DNA of 64,000 bases from Mobula hypostoma (lineage: Eukaryota), in the NCBI RefSeq assembly GCF_963921235.1, contig NC_086100.1:200200001-200264000 (forward strand), in the 5' to 3' direction. A program made the translations under genes and the position numbers. The first letter of the stretch is position 1. Each line of letters opens with the position of its first letter. Positions 58,350 to 64,000 of this stretch are shown piece by piece. Below the pieces are notes generated by a model. It did no database searches, was not told the origin of the DNA, and was given only the letters and a program-made list of their open reading frames with translations.

Positions 58350-59820
58350 TGTCCTGGGGTCAGTCCCCACTCACACGGGTACATTGTGTTGGTTACTTGT
58401 GTTGGTGAGGGTGATGATCACCTGGAGATGAAAGGTTGAGGGAGACAAATCTGGTAGAGGATGGGGGGTGTGAGGGGTGGGAGGGGGTTTGGTAAATGAG
58501 ATCAGTACAGACAGGTACTTACTGATCAGCATGAATATACTTTATACTTTATACTTCCAAATATCGCTGTGATGATTGTACGTTCTAGTATCAATTGTTT
58601 GGCAACAATAAGGTATGAAGTATATGACGGGCTGAAGGGGAGTTTGACTCGATACATTCATGTGATTTCTTTGAAAAGCAAAGTTTGTTTACAGTTCAAG
58701 TTCACCTGATTCAATCTGTCTCTGGAATTCAGTGTGTCCACATTCTTGACGTTATTTCTGACAGCACTTTGATCAGTCACAGACACCTCTGGAGGGAGAG
58801 AGGGATGGAGAGAACGAGAGAGAGAAGGAGGGAGAGGGAGGGAGAAGGAGAAGGAGGGAGGGGAAGGAGGTAGAGGGAGAGGGAGGGAAAGGGGAGGAAG
58901 GGAGAGTGAGGGAGAGTGACGGAGAGGGTAAGTGAGGGAGGAAAGTGAGAGAGAGGGAAGGAGAGGGAGAGAGAGGGATGGGAAGGGGAGAAGGAAAGGG
59001 GAGGGAGGGGAGGGGGAGGGGAAGGAGTGGGAGGGTGGGAGAGGGAGGGATGGAAAGGCAGATGGGGAGAGAGAGAGATAAGAGAGGGAAAGGGAGGGAG
59101 GGGGAGGGGATGGGGAGCAAGGGGGTGGGAGGGAGGGAGAGAGACAGAGAGGGTCAGTGAGGGAGAGTGAGGGAGAGAGAGGGAGGGAGGGGAGGAGGAG
59201 GGAGGAGAGGGAGGGGAAGGGTTGGAGAACGAGGGAAAAAGAAAGAAAAAGTAGAATTTGGTGACCAAGAAAAGCAGTCAGATATCAAATGAGGGTTCTG
59301 GGGTCAAACCCCTCTCACACTGGTTCATTGTCTTGGTTACTTTAGGTGTGGGGAGAGGTGAGGTGTAACTGGAGACAATTAAGCGAAATACAGGTAGACA
59401 TGGTAAGGAGTGGGTCGGGGTGGAATCGAGGATAAGGAGAGAGGTGTCAAGAGTTGGACTGGGAATGATTCAGTAACTGGGATCACAATGGATCAGCATG
59501 GATATGATGGGCTGAAGGGCTGTTTGACTCGACACAGTCACTTGATTTCTGCGAAAAGCAAGGGATGTGGTCTGGGTCTGGTTCAAAGTGAAAGCTCTGA
59601 ATCTATCTATCAAACCAAGGTACAGTAACAGAGGTCACACTGAGAGTCTGAATCAGTCAGTCACTGGCCGGGTCACTGACAGAAACAGCTGATTCATCGC
59701 TCACTCTGCCTTTGGCTGTTTTACAGTTTGGTTTAGACTGATTCACTGTTGTCTCTGGAATTCAGTTCATCCACCTTCTACATGTTATTTCTGACAGAGT
59801 GTGATTGGTGAGACAGTGTG
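58350..59820 (+). repeat. Third higher-order unit (short cassette 58495-58795, GA-rich tract 58790-59250, full cassette 59470-59820 with GAS TTCTGCGAA at 59547 and AAAGTGAAAGC at about 59585)
   Basis: Collinear with 34515-35830. Confidence 0.82.
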
Positions 59821-59879
59821 CTCAGAGCCATAGACCCTCTCCAACAGCATGAACAAACCTTCCTGTTTGGATATTGGCT

Positions 59880-61647
59880 CCATTCTGAAATGGGTGCAAA
59901 CCATCCAGAATATCGAGCTCCCATATTCCAGCAATCTGAAGCTCTCCATCCCATGTCATCCACTTAGCCACATTTATCAAATCTATCCTCCTGTTCCGAC
60001 CCTGGTCTATCCTCTCAAAGTGTAACACCTCACGCTTGTCTTCATTAAATTCCTCCTGCCATTTTTCCGGTTGGTCCAGATACTGTTGCAAGCTCTAATA
60101 ATCTTTCTTACTGTCCATTAGACCCCCAATCTTGGTGTCATTTGCAAATTTGTTGATCTATTTTACCATGATTATCCGGATGGTTGATATAGATGACAAA
60201 TAGGAATGGACCCATCACTTATCCCTATGGCACGCCACTAGTTATAGACCTCCAGTCAGAGATGCAACCATCTACCATCACTCTCTGACTTCTCCCATGA
60301 AGTCAGTCTAATCCTATTTACTACCTCATCATGAATGCCAAGTGACTGAACCTTCTTGACCAGCCTCCCATGTGGGACCTTGTCAAAGCCCATGAAAACA
60401 ACATCAACTTTCCTGGTAACCTCCACAAAAAGCTCTAAAAGGTTGGTTAGACATGACCTACCATGAACAAAGTCATGTTCACTATCTCTAATCAGTCCCT
60501 GTCTAACCAAATACTGAAATATCCAGTCCAGTAGAGAACTTTCCAATAACTTTCCCACTACTGGTGTCAGGCTCACCAGCCTATAATTTCCGGGCACCTT
60601 CACAGAGTTTCCCTGCTTCCAACAGAAAACTACCTGTCCTGTATTCTGTGCGATTGGTCTTTAAACACCCTCCGTATGCCAGATGTGGATTTGACCAAAA
60701 CCCTTAAGATATCGGCGAAGAATTAGGCCATACGACCCAATGAGTATGCTGACTCATTATGCCTCTTCCCCCATTCTCCTGTCTTCTCCCTATAACCTTT
60801 GACTCCCTGATTAATCGAGAACCTATCAGCATCTACTTTAAATTTACTCAGTCACATGGCCTCCATCTCCATTCATGGCAATGAATTGCACTGATTCACA
60901 ACCCTCTGGCTCAACAAATTCCTCACCTCCGTTCTAAGTGGACATCCATTTATTCTGAGGCCGTGCCCTCTGGTCCTGGACTCCCCCACTAGAGGAAACA
61001 TCCTCTCCACACCCACGCTATTGAGGCCTTTCAATATTCAGTATGTTTCAATGCGATCCTCACCTCATTCTTCTAAACTCCAGTGAGTACAGGACCAGAG
61101 ACATCAAACATTCCCCAGACGTTAACCCTTTCATTCCTGGAAGTATTTTCATGAACCTCCTCTGGACCCTCTCCAATGCCAGCACATCCTTTCTTAGATA
61201 ACGGACCCACAACTGCTCACAATACTCCAGTTGTGGTCTGACCAATGTCTTATAAATCCTCAGCATTGCATCCTTGATCTTATATTCTAGTCCTTTCAAA
61301 CTGAATGGTAACATTGCATTTGTCTTCCTTGCTACCGACTCAACCTTTAGGAAATCCTGCACAAGGACTCCCAAGTCCCTTCATACCTCCGATAATTTTG
61401 CATTTTCTCTCCATTTAGGAAACAGTCTACCCCTTTATTCAGCTGTTCCTAGTAAACTCTCCGTAGTCCCTGCCTAATGCTCTTGTAATTTGACCTGCTC
61501 CAATTTAATGCTCTGTGGCAATGACTTAAAATGTAAAGAGTTGTGGTCACTGTTGCTTAACTGCTCACCCACTGACAGGTCAGTCACCTGGTCAGGCTCA
61601 CTGCCCAACACCAGGTCCAATATAGCTCCTCCTCATGTTGGACTATC
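59880..61647 (-). mobile_element. Degraded minus-strand CR1 fragments
   Basis: PGNYRLVSLT..SCLTNLLE..FDKVPHGRL; VRPQLEYC; endonuclease SDH-region remnant near 61540-61620. Confidence 0.82.
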
Positions 61648-62548
61648 CGTGACGAGAGACCTAGGCGAGGATGGTTAGGACCAAGAGCTGGAGTATCCTA
61701 GACTAGAATTGAGACACAATACAAGACTGAAATGAGGACGGGCTTGTAAACTAAACGCTAGACGAGAATCCAAAGTTGAACTGTCGATTAAGCACCAAAC
61801 CTCAGTTCAGGTGCTCTTTAAATAATAAAATCCTGGTGCCAAATCACCACCAACAATTATCAGGGTGGGCCTGAATCTTTAAAGAGGCCACACTAGCTGT
61901 CTGTATTCCAGGAGTTATGGCGTCTAAACCCTATAGACTGGCACGTCTATCAGTGAACCTCTTCCATTGGTCCATTAGAGTCTTCTGTCAAAACAGATTT
62001 CAAATTGGAGTCTAGAGGATGGACCAAATCAAAGTCTAAATCTTCATCCGTATCCTCAGACGATGGCCGTGGGGTTCTATGAATAGTCTTTGTGCTCTTG
62101 GGACGAGGCTCCATACGTCTACCTTTAGGAGCCTTTCCCTTGGATGGGACCTGGCGACTGACTCCCTTCAGCTTGGCTGCTCGGGCTCCAGAATTCTTGG
62201 GCACTTGCTTGGTGAGCTTCCTGGCTTGCTCCTGAACTAGAGATTCTTTCTTTCCAGTTCCAGTGCACCTCTGACGAGACAGTGTTGAGACTCACATGGT
62301 CCTGTTGACGGGAGCCAGCTTGTCTGCCCTTGGAGGCAGGACTAGGTGTCCCGAAGGCTTCAGATTACCTCGTGCAAAAGTCTGCCTCCTTGTTGGTCAC
62401 TGTTCTTGGGAGAGTCTGGGGATCGGAACGCCAAACCAAAAACATTCCTTTTTGCCAAGACTTGACCATGCGATGATTCTCCCTTCCTCCCAGTTCACAG
62501 AGGAGTTATGCTTGGTCAGCCAAGTGTGCCTGAGAACCAGGAGTATGT
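61648..62548 (-). mobile_element. Probable sushi/Ty3-type LTR retrotransposon remnant (protease C-terminus, low-complexity ORF, possible LTR)
   Basis: Minus strand near 62440-62540 encodes LVLRHTWLTKHNSSVNWEEGRIIAWSSLGKKECF, like the LILG.PWL..HNP.IDW..G.I..WS..C motif; abrupt junction with CR1 at about 61648. Confidence 0.5.
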
Positions 62549-62550
62549 GA

Positions 62551-64000
62551 GTTACTCTATTGGGAGTATTCTATAGGCCCCCTGGTAGCAGCAGAGATAC
62601 CGAGGAGCAGATTGGGAGGCAGATTTTGGAAAGGTGCAAAAATAACGAGGTTGTTATCATGGGTGACTTTAACCTCCCTAATATTGATTGGCACCTGATT
62701 AGTTCCAATGGTTTAGATGGGGCAGAGTTTGTTAAGTGTGTCCAGGATGGATTCCTGTCACAGGCCGACTAGGGGGGATGCCATACTAGATCTAGTACAA
62801 GGTAATGAACCAGGTCAGGTCACAGATCTCTCAGTGGGTGAGCATCTGGGGGACAGTGACCACTGCTCCCTGGCCTTTAGCATTAACATGGAAAAGGATA
62901 GAATCAGAGAGGACAGGAAAATTTTTAATTGGGGAAGGGGAAATTATGAGACTATAAGGCTAGAACTTGCCGGTGTGAATTGGGATAATGTTTTTGCAGG
63001 GAAATGTACTATGGACATGTGGTCGATGTTTAGAGATCTCTTGCAGGATGTTAGGGATAAATTTGTCCCGGTGAGGAAGATAAAGAATAGTAGGGTGAAG
63101 GAACCATGGGTGATAAGTGAGGTGGAAAATCTAGACAGGTGGAAGAAGGCAGCATACATGAGGTTTAGGAAGCAAGGATCAGATGGGTCTATTGAGGAAT
63201 ATAGGGAAGCAAGAAAGGAGCTTAAGAAGGGGCTGAGAAGAGCAAGAAGGGGGCATGAGAAGGCCTTGGCGAGTAGGGTAAAGGAAAACCCCAAGGCATT
63301 CTTCAATTATGTGAAGAACAAAAGGCTGACAGGAGTGAAGGTAGGACCGATTAGAGATGAGGGTTGGAAGATGTGCCTGGAGGCTGTGGAAGTGAGCGAG
63401 GTCCTCAATGAATACTTCTCTTCGGTATTCACCAATGAGAGGGAACTTGATGTTGGTGAGGACAATATTAGTGAGGTTGATGTTCTGGAGCATGTTGATA
63501 TTAAGGGAGAGAAGGTGTTGGAGTTGTTAAAATACATTAGGACGGATAAGTCCCCGGGGCCTGATGGAATATTCCCTAGGCTGCTCCACGAGGCGAGGGA
63601 AGAGATTGCTGAGCCTCTGGCTAGGATCTTTATGTCCTCGTTGTCCATGGGATTGGTACCGGAGGATTGGAGGGAGGCGAATGTTGTCCCCTTGTTCAAA
63701 AAAGGTAGTAGGGATAGTCAGGTAATGATAGACCAGTGAGCCTTACGTCTGTGGTGGGAAAGCTGTTGGAAAATATTCTTAGAGATAGGATCTATGGACA
63801 TTTAGAGAAACATGGTCTGATCAGGGACAGTCAGCATGGCTTTGTGAAGGGCAGATCATGTCTAACAAGCCTGAAAGACTTCTTTGAGGAGGTGACCAGG
63901 CATATAGATGAGTATAGTGCAGTGGATGTGATCTTTATGGATTTTAGTAAGGCATTTGACAAGGTTCCACACGGTAGGCTTATTCAGAAAGTCAGAAGGC
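62551..64000 (+). mobile_element. CR1 (family B) ORF2 endonuclease to RT, runs off the window
   Basis: Close paralogue of 6782-8200; GVFYRPP, MGDFN, SDH, KSPGPDG, MDFSKAFD. Confidence 0.93.

Noticed and set aside
1..64000. Unidirectional piRNA cluster, CRISPR array or prokaryotic system
   Set aside because: TE fragments occur on both strands, repeats are not regularly interspaced with unique spacers, and the content is vertebrate.

Overview
Eukaryotic, repeat-saturated vertebrate genomic DNA, probably from a cartilaginous fish such as a ray (inferred from its CR1, HE1-like SINE, Rex1 and Penelope repertoire). I see no host protein-coding gene, tRNA, rRNA or CRISPR array; nearly all long ORFs are transposon-derived or antisense/low-complexity artefacts. 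Well-supported elements are: many nested CR1 LINEs, including a young family with an intact RT ORF at 38675-40774; a full-length hAT transposon (14166-23076, imperfect TIRs, 8-bp TSD) interrupted by a full-length L1 (14844-20698, 15-bp TSD); a SCAN-domain Gmr1-like Gypsy element with intact gag but gutted pol (46884-51969, GTAG TSD); a related solo LTR (28652-29625, TTGT TSD); and Penelope GIY-YIG fragments. Under the insertions lies a locally duplicated scaffold. It carries about 10 copies of a non-TE cassette: E-box, 2 bp, GAS (TTCnnnGAA) and, in complete copies, IRF-E (GAAAGTGAAAGC), TATAAAA and an Inr. This resembles an interferon-gamma-inducible promoter of the CIITA-pIV type, but no gene follows it. 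A separate 176-bp CCAAT/ETS/CRE-like block occurs in two near-identical inverted copies. Regulatory function of both is inferred from motifs only.
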